Of a stretch of DNA of 64,000 nucleotides, positions 24,447-32,785 are shown in pieces (within the stretch, counting starts at the first letter, position 1; every line of letters begins with the position of its first letter). Under the pieces are notes generated by a model that did no database searches, was not told the DNA's origin, and worked only from the letters and a program-made list of their open reading frames with translations. The stretch comes from Candidatus Limnocylindrales bacterium (GTDB lineage Bacteria; Chloroflexota; Limnocylindria; Limnocylindrales; CSP1-4): the NCBI GenBank assembly GCA_038204565.1, contig JBBRCU010000007.1, positions 13,026 through 77,025 of the forward strand, in the 5' to 3' direction. The position numbers were made by a program, and so were the translations under genes.

Positions 24447-25700
24447 TCACCAGGCAGTCGCGGTGGTTGCCTCGCTGATCCCGACCGACTCGAGCCAGCG
24501 CTCGGCGTCGATGGCGGCCTTGCAGCCGTCGGCGGCGGCGGTGACGGCCTGGCGGTAGCGGTGGTCGTGGACGTCGCCGGCGATGAAGACGCCGTCGATC
24601 TTCGACCCGGTCTCGTCGCGGACGACGAGGTAGCCCTTGTCGTCGACCTCGAGCTGCTCCTTGAAGACGTCCGTGTTCGGGCGATAGCCGATCGCGACGA
24701 ACAGGCCCTCCATGGGCAGATCCTGTAGCTCGTCGGTGACGGTGTGGCGGATCCGGAGGCCCTCGACCTTCGTCCCGCCGAGGACCTCGTCGACCGCGAT
24801 GTTCGTGTGGACCTTGATCTTCGGGTTGTCGTATGCCCGGTCGACCATGATCTTCGACGCCCGGAAGGCCTCTCGCCGGTGGAAGAGGTGGACCTTCGAC
24901 GCGAACCGGGTCAGGTAGGTCGCCTCCTCGAGCGCCGTGTCGCCCCCGCCAACGACAGCGATCTCCTTGTCCCGGAAGAAGAAGCCATCGCAAGTGGCGC
25001 AGGCCGACACGCCGCGGCCGCGGAGACGGGTCTCGCTCTCGAGGCCGAGCCAAAGGGCGGACGCGCCGGTCGCGACGATGACCGCGTCGGCCTGGTATTC
25101 GACGCCGCGAGCCCAGGCCCGGAACGGCCGCTCGCCGAGGTCGACCCGCTCGACATCGACATCGAGGATCCGCGACCCGAATCGCTCGGCCTGCTCGCGG
25201 AACTTCGCCATCAGCTCCGGTCCGAGGATCCCGTCCGGGAAGCCCGGAAAGTTCTCGACGTCACTCGTGATCATCAACTGGCCGCCGGGCACCACCCCCG
25301 CGAGCACGATCGGTTCAAGGTTCGCCCGCGCGGCATAGATCGCGGCGGTCAAGCCTGCCGGTCCGGAGCCGATGATGAGCAGCTTCGTCCGGTTCTGATC
25401 CCGGTCCGCTCCGTCATCAGGGCCGCCAACCGGACCGCCTGGCCGAGGGCGGTTGACCGTCTCGGCTGCCGTGGATGCCACGGGCGCGAACGAGATCGGC
25501 GCGCCGAACGAGATCGGACCGCTGCCGTTCGCGGCGGCTTCGCCGAGCCTGACAACGGCCGCGGCTGCGCCGTCGCCCGGGCCTCGGTCGAAGTCGATCG
25601 ACAATCCGGCGAAGGGATCAGCCGGGGTCGCCCGGTCGGGAGCGACCGTCGTTCCGGGCTCGGCGTCGGGCTGCTGGTCGGGAATGGGATCGTCGGACAT
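24447..25700 (-). CDS. trxB: thioredoxin-disulfide reductase-like flavoprotein with ~110 aa low-complexity N-terminal extension
   Basis: KLLIIGSGPAGLTAAIYAAR (FAD), the redox-active CATCDG, IAVVGGGDTALEEATYL (NADPH) and VFIAGDV. The N-terminal 110 aa are Pro/Asp/Gly/Ala-rich and contain an internal 13-bp tandem duplication (ISFGAPISFAP). An internal later start cannot be excluded. Confidence 0.75.
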   Translation of the reverse strand: MSDDPIPDQQPDAEPGTTVAPDRATPADPFAGLSIDFDRGPGDGAAAAVVRLGEAAANGSGPISFGAPISFAPVASTAAETVNRPRPGGPVGGPDDGADRDQNRTKLLIIGSGPAGLTAAIYAARANLEPIVLAGVVPGGQLMITSDVENFPGFPDGILGPELMAKFREQAERFGSRILDVDVERVDLGERPFRAWARGVEYQADAVIVATGASALWLGLESETRLRGRGVSACATCDGFFFRDKEIAVVGGGDTALEEATYLTRFASKVHLFHRREAFRASKIMVDRAYDNPKIKVHTNIAVDEVLGGTKVEGLRIRHTVTDELQDLPMEGLFVAIGYRPNTDVFKEQLEVDDKGYLVVRDETGSKIDGVFIAGDVHDHRYRQAVTAAADGCKAAIDAERWLESVGISEATTATAW

Positions 25701-25723
25701 CTGGGCTCATCCTAGCACGGAAT

Positions 25724-25742
25724 CGATACCCCCAGGGGGTAT
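25724..25742. promoter_or_regulatory. 19-bp perfect palindrome GATACCCCC-A-GGGGGTATC in a divergent intergenic region
   Basis: It lies between the trxB-like start (25700, minus) and the ABC ATPase start (25839, plus). The 9-bp arms are perfect. Confidence 0.3.
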
Positions 25743-25838
25743 CGCGCCGCGGGCTCGGCAGGGCCAGTTTGACATGCGCCGCGGCCGACCGCAGGATCGA
25801 CCGGTGGGTCCCTGCCCGCTGACCCCGTCCAACTCCTC

Positions 25839-26849
25839 GTGGAGATCTCCGTGACCGATGGTCTGGCCCTCGCAACGCGCGGCCTGCAGAAGCGCTATGG
25901 CACGCGCCTCGCGCTGGCCGGCCTGGACCTGTCGGTTCCGAGCGGAGTCGTCTACGGCTTCCTCGGCCCGAATGGCGCGGGCAAGACGACCACGATGCGG
26001 CTCCTGACCGGGCTGATCCATCCGGACGCGGGCTCAATCGAGGTGCTCGGTCGGCCCTTTGGCCGGGGCGACCGGCGCCACCTCTTCGACGTCGGCGCCC
26101 TGATCGAATCGCCGTCGTTCTACCCGTATCTCTCGGCCCGCGAGAACCTCCGATCAATCGCCGCGAGCGGCGCCCGAACGACGCGGGCCCGGATCGAGGA
26201 GCTGCTCGAACTCGTCGGGTTGCGCGAGCGCGCTCGCGACAAGGTCCAGACGTACTCGCTCGGCATGAAGCAGCGGCTCGGCATCGCCGCCGCCCTCCTC
26301 AGCGACCCGCAACTGCTCCTTCTCGACGAACCCTCGAACGGGCTCGACCCGGCCGGGATCGTCGCGATGCGCGAGATGCTCCGGCAGCTGGCGCAGAGCG
26401 GGACGACGGTCTTCGTCTCGAGCCACATCCTCGGCGAGGTCGAGCAGCTCGCCGACGTCCTCGGGATCATCGCTGCCGGGCGCCTCGTCCGCGAGGGCCC
26501 GATCGGCGATCTGCTGTCGGGCGAGGGCCGCGTCCGCGTCCGGGTCGCGCCGGCCGAGGTGGCCGCGGCACGGGGCATTCTTGACGCCCTTGCCGACGGC
26601 CCGACCGCGCGAGTCGAAGGCGACGACGGCTGGCTGACCCTGGCGATCAGCGGCGATCGGGCGGCCGAGGTCAACCGGTCGCTGGCGACCGCGGGGATCT
26701 ACGCGTCGGGGGTCGAGGCCGGCAACGATCTCGAGTCCCTGTTCCTGGAGCTGACCGCCGGCGAGGATGCCGCGAGCCACGAGGGAACCTTCTTCGGCGC
26801 CGCTGGAACGGGCGGGTCGCGTCCGACCGGCCCCGGGACCGCCCGATGA
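25839..26849 (+). CDS. ABC transporter ATP-binding protein (ABC-2 exporter type)
   Basis: Walker A GPNGAGKTT, ABC signature LSGGMKQRL-like (YSLGMKQRLGIAAAL), Walker B LLLLDEPSNGLD. GTG start. Overlaps the downstream permease as ATGA. Confidence 0.85.
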   Translation: MEISVTDGLALATRGLQKRYGTRLALAGLDLSVPSGVVYGFLGPNGAGKTTTMRLLTGLIHPDAGSIEVLGRPFGRGDRRHLFDVGALIESPSFYPYLSARENLRSIAASGARTTRARIEELLELVGLRERARDKVQTYSLGMKQRLGIAAALLSDPQLLLLDEPSNGLDPAGIVAMREMLRQLAQSGTTVFVSSHILGEVEQLADVLGIIAAGRLVREGPIGDLLSGEGRVRVRVAPAEVAAARGILDALADGPTARVEGDDGWLTLAISGDRAAEVNRSLATAGIYASGVEAGNDLESLFLELTAGEDAASHEGTFFGAAGTGGSRPTGPGTAR

Positions 26850-27661
26850 GGCTCTTCGTCGCCGGCCTCCGCAAGCTCGTCCGGCGCCCCGCGACGTGGG
26901 TCACCTTCGGGCTTCTGGTCGGGCTCCTCGCCTTGATCTACCTCGCGGTGGGCGCGACGGCCAACCAGGCCGGGGCCGGCGGCGGGGCGCGCCAGGGCAA
27001 GCTCCTCGTGACGTTCCCCGGTGCCTACACCCTGTTGCTGTCGTTCATCCTCGGGCTCGGCGGGCTGTTCGCGATGATCTACGGCGCGGCGGTCGCGGGC
27101 TCGGAGTGGACCTGGGGGACGCTCAAAGCAGCCGTTGCGCGGGGCGAGAGCCGGAGCCGCTACCAGCTCGTGTCCTTCGCCACGATCGGGCTGATGGTCG
27201 GGATCGGGCTGCTTGTGGCGTTCGGGATCGGGATCGTCGTGGCCGTGATCGCGGCCGGGCTGGCGAGCGTTCCGACGACCGGACTCGACGACAGCGCCAC
27301 GATCCAGACCTTCCCGGATCTCCTCCTCCGGGGCTGGCTCGCCCTCGGCGAGGCGTGCGCCCTCGGCTTTGCGATCGCGACGCTTGCCCGCAGCCAGCTC
27401 GCCGGGATCGGGGTCGGCATCGCGGCCTACTTCGGCGAGCAGTTCGCCCGGATCTTCCTGCCTGAGATTGTCCAGTACCTGCCGTTCAGCGCCGCGAACG
27501 CGGTGGTCGCGACGACCCGGACCGCGGCCGCAAGCGGCGACCCCGCAGCGTCGCTGGCGCGGCTGGAGCCGAACGCCGCCCTGGCCGTCGTGGCGCTGTG
27601 GCTGATCGGCGCGCTGGTGGTGACCGCGATCTTCACCGAGCGGGCGGAAATCTCGGGTTAG
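26846..27661 (+). CDS. ABC-2 family transporter permease
   Basis: Six predicted TM helices. It is translationally coupled to the upstream ATPase. Confidence 0.6.
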   Translation: MRLFVAGLRKLVRRPATWVTFGLLVGLLALIYLAVGATANQAGAGGGARQGKLLVTFPGAYTLLLSFILGLGGLFAMIYGAAVAGSEWTWGTLKAAVARGESRSRYQLVSFATIGLMVGIGLLVAFGIGIVVAVIAAGLASVPTTGLDDSATIQTFPDLLLRGWLALGEACALGFAIATLARSQLAGIGVGIAAYFGEQFARIFLPEIVQYLPFSAANAVVATTRTAAASGDPAASLARLEPNAALAVVALWLIGALVVTAIFTERAEISG

Positions 27662-27721
27662 GCTGCCGGCCGACGGTCGGGAGCCACGTCGCGTGGGCGA
27701 ACCGTGGGCCTCCCGGGTCCC

Positions 27722-29425
27722 TCAGCCGTCGAGTCCGACCTCGATCGTCCGGCGCAGGCCCCGCCCATCGCCATCGAGCGGCTGCTCCTTCGTCAATCCG
27801 ATCTCGCGCCCGAGCCGCTCGCGGAGGGCGGCGATCCGACGACCCACCGAGCTGGCCACGACGAAGCGCGGCTCGACCATCGGGACATCGGACCCGAAGC
27901 GCGCCCGGAACAGGGCTGGCCACGTCGCCCGGAAAGCGTCGACGTCGGCGGCGAGATGCCGCCGCGTCGGCGCGCCGACGACGAGGAATTCGTCGCCTCC
28001 GTCGCGGATCGCGAGTGAGCCTGGGATGGTCCGGAGGTGCTGGGCGAAGACGCGGAGCACGGCATCGCCGGTTTCCTGGCCGCAGCGGTTGTTGAACGCG
28101 CGGAAGCCCGCCAGGTCGCCGAAGGCGAGCTCGATCGGCGCTGCACCGATGCCGGGCAGCGTCCGGAACAGCCGGTCGAGGCCATCGAACGCGGCGAATC
28201 CCGGGATTCCCGTCTTGCGATCGAAGTCCGTCCGGGCGTAGTGCGGCCAGGCGAACCGCTGGCTGAACGGCCGGTCGGCCGTCTCGAGCCAGCCGGCAAT
28301 GGCGGCGGTCAGCCATGGAGTCTCCGGATCGAGGGCCCGCCACCAGCCCGATGCCTCCTGGTGGCGCACGAAGAAGTCGACCGTGGCGTCCGGGCGGAAG
28401 GATGGATCGAGCGAGCCGAGGAGCTCGGCGGCGGCGAGGGTCGTGAGCACGTCCGCCGGCTGGCCGTCGTCGCCCCAGCCGCCGATCCGCGCCTCACGCG
28501 AAGCGACGAACTCCAACAGGCCGGGCAGGAGCATCGGCCGGTAGCCGAGCGCCCACAGGCCCAGCCCGAGATGGGCGCTGGCGGAGACGAGCGGGACGGC
28601 CTCGAACGGGAAGCGGGTGCCGCACGGCAATCCGGCCAGGCGGCTCGCGAGCGTTCCCGAGCGCATCGCGATCGCGAGGGCCAGCTCCCGGAGGAGGTCC
28701 AGCGCGGCCGGGCGCCGGGCGAGCTGCCACAGGGCGAACGTGTCCCGCCACGGGTCGTCGCCGCGGATGAAGTCGGCGGTCTCGCCCTCCGCGAGGGGCT
28801 GGATCTCGCGGAGAATCTCGGCCGCGGTCTCGGCCGCCTGGGGATTGTCGTCGGCGGTCAGGCGGTGGAGGAACTCAAGGTTCTCGGCAACCGCGATCGG
28901 GGCGAGGAGGCGGTGGGCGAAGGCCGTCGGGCTGCGCTCGAGCCAGTCGCGCTCGCGCGGTCGCCAGAGGGCGCCCCGGCCGTCGGGCGCTTCTGTGGCG
29001 GGCGACGTCGGCAGTGCGTCACGGCCCAGCGACCACGGAAACCGACGAGCCCGATCGGGGCCGCCGGCGGCGTTGGCCTTCCAGGCCGAAAGGAGCGGCG
29101 TCACGACGACGGTCTCGCCGCGGTCCTCGGCGAAGCGGAGCATCGCAGTCAGCATCGGGTCGAAACGGTTGAGCGAGTCGATCGCGCCGAGGATCGCCTC
29201 CGAGGCGCGCCGCAGGGCATGGGCCCGATCGCGTCCGGAGGCATCCTCGGGTGGTCCGATCCGGCGTGGCCGATGCGGGTCAGGCGTCGGTTCGACGGGC
29301 GAGATCGACGGTCGCGGCAGGTCGCGGTCGATGACGGGGATCGACCAGTTCACCTTCAGCGCCATGGGCACACTGGGCGCTCTTCTGAGGGCACGGACAG
29401 TCCTCCAACCACCGGGCGCCACCAC
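27722..29425 (-). CDS. GGDEF domain protein (putative diguanylate cyclase) with ~420 aa uncharacterised N-terminal domain
   Basis: The C-terminus has FGDLAGFRAFNNRCGQETGDAVLRVF...IRDGGDEFLVV, with a canonical GGDEF motif. The N-terminal region has no TM helices and has W/G-rich repeats (EASGWW, GGWGDDGQ). Start ambiguous between the GTG at 29425 and the ATG at 29365. Confidence 0.6.
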   Translation of the reverse strand: MVAPGGWRTVRALRRAPSVPMALKVNWSIPVIDRDLPRPSISPVEPTPDPHRPRRIGPPEDASGRDRAHALRRASEAILGAIDSLNRFDPMLTAMLRFAEDRGETVVVTPLLSAWKANAAGGPDRARRFPWSLGRDALPTSPATEAPDGRGALWRPRERDWLERSPTAFAHRLLAPIAVAENLEFLHRLTADDNPQAAETAAEILREIQPLAEGETADFIRGDDPWRDTFALWQLARRPAALDLLRELALAIAMRSGTLASRLAGLPCGTRFPFEAVPLVSASAHLGLGLWALGYRPMLLPGLLEFVASREARIGGWGDDGQPADVLTTLAAAELLGSLDPSFRPDATVDFFVRHQEASGWWRALDPETPWLTAAIAGWLETADRPFSQRFAWPHYARTDFDRKTGIPGFAAFDGLDRLFRTLPGIGAAPIELAFGDLAGFRAFNNRCGQETGDAVLRVFAQHLRTIPGSLAIRDGGDEFLVVGAPTRRHLAADVDAFRATWPALFRARFGSDVPMVEPRFVVASSVGRRIAALRERLGREIGLTKEQPLDGDGRGLRRTIEVGLDG

Positions 29426-29596
29426 CGCGGTCGCTGGGGGCGGCCACGGAATGGATCCCGGTGATCGTCCTGCGAACGATGGATGAGCGATATCGGCCGA
29501 AGGTCCTGCCGAGTCCTACGGAGATCGGAGCGTCTCGCGTACGACGCCCGGCCGGGCCGGTGCCTGTCCGACATGGAGCCTGGCGGGCCGACCCCG

Positions 29597-30475
29597 CTAC
29601 AACGCCCGAAGCTGCGGCACGATCTCCCGTCCGATCGTCTCGAGGTGCTTCGGCTCGTGAACGTCCTGGATGCTGAAGATCACGGTCTGGGCACCGGCGT
29701 CGGCCAGTTCGCCGAATCGATCGACGATCTGGGCCGGGGTCTCGCGCTCGAGATTGATCGTCTGAAGGTTCGACCGCTCGATCGCGTCGTAGTTCCGGCC
29801 GACCGCCTCGCAGTGCTCGCGCAGGACCTCGTATTTGTGATGGATCGCCTCGGGCCCACCGAAGACGTTCGTCGCGTCGGCGTACTCGGCGACGAGCCGG
29901 AGGGTCTTCTTCTCGCCGCCGCCGCCGATCATGATCGGGACGCGTGGCCGCGAGATCGACTGCGGCGAGTTCATCAGCCGCGACGCGTGGTACTGACGGC
30001 CGTCGAAGGTCGCCTCCGAGCCGCGCTCGCCCTGCCACATCTGGTGGGCGATCTTGAGCGTCTCCTCGAGCATCTCGAACCGCTCACCGAGGGGCGGGAA
30101 CGGGAAGCCGAGGCTGCGCGATTCGTCCTCGTTCCAGGCTGCCCCGATCCCGAGCCAGGCCCTGCCACCCGACAGGACGTCGAGGGTCGTCGCCGCCTTG
30201 ACCCACAGACCGGGCAGGCGGTAATGGACGCCGCCGACCATCAACCCGAGACGGGCTCGCGATGTGTTGGCGGCCAGGAATCCGAGGGCGGTCCAGCCCT
30301 CGAGCATCGGCTGCTCGGCCGGGCCGACCCCACGGATCTGGAAGAAGTGGTCCATGACCCAGATGGAGTCCAGGCCGATGTCGTCGGCCAGACGCGCGGT
30401 CCGGGCCAGGGTGGGGCCGATGGCAGCGGTGCCGCCGGGCCAGGAGAACGAGGGGATCTGGAGTCCGAGCTTCAC
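29597..30475 (-). CDS. LLM-class (luciferase-like) F420-dependent oxidoreductase
   Basis: LGLDSIWVMDHFF, RARLGLMVGGVHYR, AWLGIGAAWNEDE and PIMIGGGGEKKTLRLVAEYAD are LLM motifs. The GTG at 30475 has a GGAGAG SD. The track ORF is extended to 30529. Confidence 0.7.
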   Translation of the reverse strand: MKLGLQIPSFSWPGGTAAIGPTLARTARLADDIGLDSIWVMDHFFQIRGVGPAEQPMLEGWTALGFLAANTSRARLGLMVGGVHYRLPGLWVKAATTLDVLSGGRAWLGIGAAWNEDESRSLGFPFPPLGERFEMLEETLKIAHQMWQGERGSEATFDGRQYHASRLMNSPQSISRPRVPIMIGGGGEKKTLRLVAEYADATNVFGGPEAIHHKYEVLREHCEAVGRNYDAIERSNLQTINLERETPAQIVDRFGELADAGAQTVIFSIQDVHEPKHLETIGREIVPQLRAL

Positions 30476-30633
30476 CGGTGCGTCTCTCCATCGCCAGATC
30501 TGGCCGCGTCGGCGTCTGGGCTGCGCCATGGAGCGGAACGGGTCAGTTGCAGGATGCTACTCGGGCGCGATCGAACGCGCCGAGTGATTCGATTCCGGCC
30601 CGGGCTCGCGTCGCCGAGTGCGCCATCGATTGG

Positions 30634-30762
30634 TCAGTAGGCCGAGCCACCGCTCCCGTTGTTGCAGGCAGCGACGACGAGGCCGCTCAGGGTGAGGAGC
30701 AGGGGGGTCAGGAGGCGGAAACGGGCCGCGATGATCTCACGGCGGCGGGACGAGGTATTCAT
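30634..30762 (-). pseudogene. lipoprotein/solute-binding-protein 5' fragment (signal peptide plus lipobox only, then stop)
   Basis: MNTSSRRREIIAARFRLLTPLLLTLSGLVVAACNNGSGGSAY then stop. This is a Tat-like signal, a lipobox (VAAC) and a Gly/Ser linker typical of SBP N-termini. No mature domain follows. Confidence 0.3.
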
Positions 30763-30810
30763 GGCAGGCGGTACGCCCTGTCTGCCCACACGGATCGCGG
30801 GTGGCCGCCG

Positions 30811-31026
30811 ATGCGGCACAATCTCGACGTGAACCTCGCCCTTCGGCTCGTGCTCCTGTGCTGGGTCCTCGGCTATCTGCTGGTTTCGTGCGGGCCGATC
30901 CTCGGCGGCCATCTCATCGTCGGCGCGCTCACGCTCGTCGGCGGGATCTTCCTGTTCATCCCATGGCTGATCGGGGTGGCTGTGCTGGCGATGCTCGTGT
31001 GGGTGACCAACCCGCCGCGCCGCTGA
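30811..31026 (+). CDS. small hypothetical membrane protein (71 aa, 2 TM)
   Basis: MRHNLDVNLALRLVLLCWVLGYLLVSCGPILGGHLIVGALTLVGGIFLFIPWLIGVAVLAMLVWV is strongly hydrophobic. No recognisable family. Could be debris. Confidence 0.25.
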   Translation: MRHNLDVNLALRLVLLCWVLGYLLVSCGPILGGHLIVGALTLVGGIFLFIPWLIGVAVLAMLVWVTNPPRR

Positions 31027-31130
31027 GGGCCACCGCGGGGCGTGTACTCGAAGCCCGGGTGGGATCCGGGCGAAGGCGACGCTGTCGGCCTCGGTCGTGA
31101 CGCGGTCGACGCCGGACCAGCCCCTCAGCA

Positions 31131-31544
31131 GTGACCGATGCGCGACTGCGGAAACCGATGAGATTCAGGATGGAAGCCGCCGACCGGTTCACCAAGGAGA
31201 TCCCGCTGCAGCTGGTGGCGGCCGGTGTTCCGCCGCAGTTGGTCCAGGGGCTCGGGAGCGTCCCGCCGGATGTCGCGACGAAGCTCGACATCACCGGCAC
31301 CGGGGATCTCGGGGCACGACTCGTCGCGGCCTTCGGGCCGGCCATCCAGCCGATCGTCGCCAACATCGTGAACGGCATCCATGCCGCCTTTTCGATCGCG
31401 ATCGCCTCGACGTTCTGGATCGGGATCGTCGGCGCCGTGGTGGCCGCGGTGCTCGTCGTCTTCCTCCACGAGGTCCCGATGCGCCAGACCTTCGAGGTCA
31501 CGGACTACGCACCGGAGCCGGCGCCGGGGGCTGCTCCCGGCTGA
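31131..31544 (+). pseudogene. possible 3' fragment of a DHA2-type MFS transporter (C-terminal loop plus last TM)
   Basis: A 137-aa ORF with a soluble region, then one TM (STFWIGIVGAVVAAVLVVFLHEVPMRQ) and a short tail. This resembles the TM13-loop-TM14 end of EmrB/QacA-type exporters. There is no upstream TM core and no SD. Confidence 0.3.
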
Positions 31545-31679
31545 TGGGGACGGCGCGGCGCGCTCTGCCTCCAACGGCGACTGGCCGCGCCCGGCCGGCT
31601 CCTCGACGAAGGGGTCGAATCGGGGGCGGCCAGTGATTCGTCGCGTCCGTCCGGCGGCGACGCGCCGACTGAGGCCGGG

Positions 31680-32327
31680 TCAGGCGGCCCGGCTGGGCAC
31701 CGGGCAGGCCAGCTTGCGAGCGACGTCGGCGGTCAGGGTGGCCGCCGCGGTCCGTGAGCCGGAGCCCCGGGCGGCGGTGGCGTTGCCACAGCTGACGGTG
31801 GGGTTGTACGGCATGAACTCGCCCGACGGGTTGTCCTTGAACAGCCAGACGTGGAGGGCGAAGAACGGCGGGATCTCGAACCGCGAGCCGCTGTTCGGCA
31901 TGAATTCCTGGCCGAACAGCATGGGCATCGTTCCCTGCGCATGGACGGCATACCAGTCGGCCTGGAAGATCACGTACTCGAGGGCCGCGAGCTTCAGCTT
32001 GCCGTGCTTGTCCGGGGCATACACGAGGACCTCAGGCAGGGTCGGGTCGAGGACCTTGTCGAGGCGGCCGCCGTTGATGAAGTGGAAGCCCATCGCGCCG
32101 GCGTCGTTGCCGCTGTTGTCAGCGATGCAGAAGGCGAGCGGCGCCGGAGCCGGAGGCTGGCCGAAGCCGGCTGCCCCCGCGACGGTCAGGTCGTGGAACC
32201 GGGCAGTTGCCGCCTTGGCCGCCTGGAGATCGCTCTGGCCTGCGCCGGCGCTGCCGACGAGGCCTGCAGTGAGGGCCACGGCCGCGAGGGCCGAGGCGAT
32301 GAGCCGAGTGGGTCGAGTCATGATCAT
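31680..32327 (-). CDS. secreted hypothetical protein (signal peptide)
   Basis: MIMTRPTRLIASALAAVALTAGLVGSAGAGQSD is a signal peptide. The 180-aa mature domain belongs to no family I recognise. Its start overlaps the DUF4242 stop. Confidence 0.5.
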   Translation of the reverse strand: MIMTRPTRLIASALAAVALTAGLVGSAGAGQSDLQAAKAATARFHDLTVAGAAGFGQPPAPAPLAFCIADNSGNDAGAMGFHFINGGRLDKVLDPTLPEVLVYAPDKHGKLKLAALEYVIFQADWYAVHAQGTMPMLFGQEFMPNSGSRFEIPPFFALHVWLFKDNPSGEFMPYNPTVSCGNATAARGSGSRTAAATLTADVARKLACPVPSRAA

Positions 32328-32576
32328 TCCCCTTCGATGACCGGGCTGATCGCCTGGGCAACCAGACCGTGGGCTTCGCGGTGGACGCGGGTCGCCGCAT
32401 CCGCATCGGGCGCATCGACGAGGCAGAAGACCTTGCCGGCCTCCTCGTCGACCCAGTACCGGAGATAGCGCACGCCGTACTTGTCCTGGGTCCGGAGATC
32501 GGCGAGATGGGCCTGGGCCACGTCGCTGGCCTTCACGCCGCCATCGATGGCGTGGGTGTCCATATAGAGCGTCATT
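32324..32576 (-). CDS. DUF4242 (SCO4226-like nickel-binding) family protein, 83 aa
   Basis: MTLYMDTHAIDGGVKASDVAQAHLADLRTQDKYGVRYLRYWVDEEAGKVFCLVDAPDADAATRVHREAHGLVA matches the DUF4242 signature (M.L.MD.H...V...DV..AH..DL..Q.KYGV....YWVDE..GKVFCLV.AP......VHREAHGLV). An AAGGAGG SD lies 5 nt upstream of the ATG at 32576. Confidence 0.65.
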
Positions 32577-32785
32577 GACGCCTCCTTTCGAGCCCGAGGA
32601 TCGCCGCGGGCAGGGGGCGGCCGCATCGGTTGGATGACCGATCCCGGAAATCGCGCTGACCTATAGCGGGCGGCCGCTGACCCAGGCGCCGATCAGGAGG
32701 AGGCGGAGTTCATGGGCATCACCGGGAGTCGGATCGTCCGCGGCGGCGGCGCCGCGGCGGTGTCAGCGGGGCGGCTCGGCCTCGA

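Noticed and set aside
25480-25520. Short tandem duplications (13-bp x2 at ~25480, 21-bp x2 at ~60200, 15-bp x2 at ~12750, GTCGGC x3 at ~33775, ATGCCGGAC x2 at ~62909), a possible CRISPR or repeat array
   Set aside because: Only two or three units each, mostly in-frame inside coding regions or at gene ends. No spacer-repeat architecture and no cas genes.
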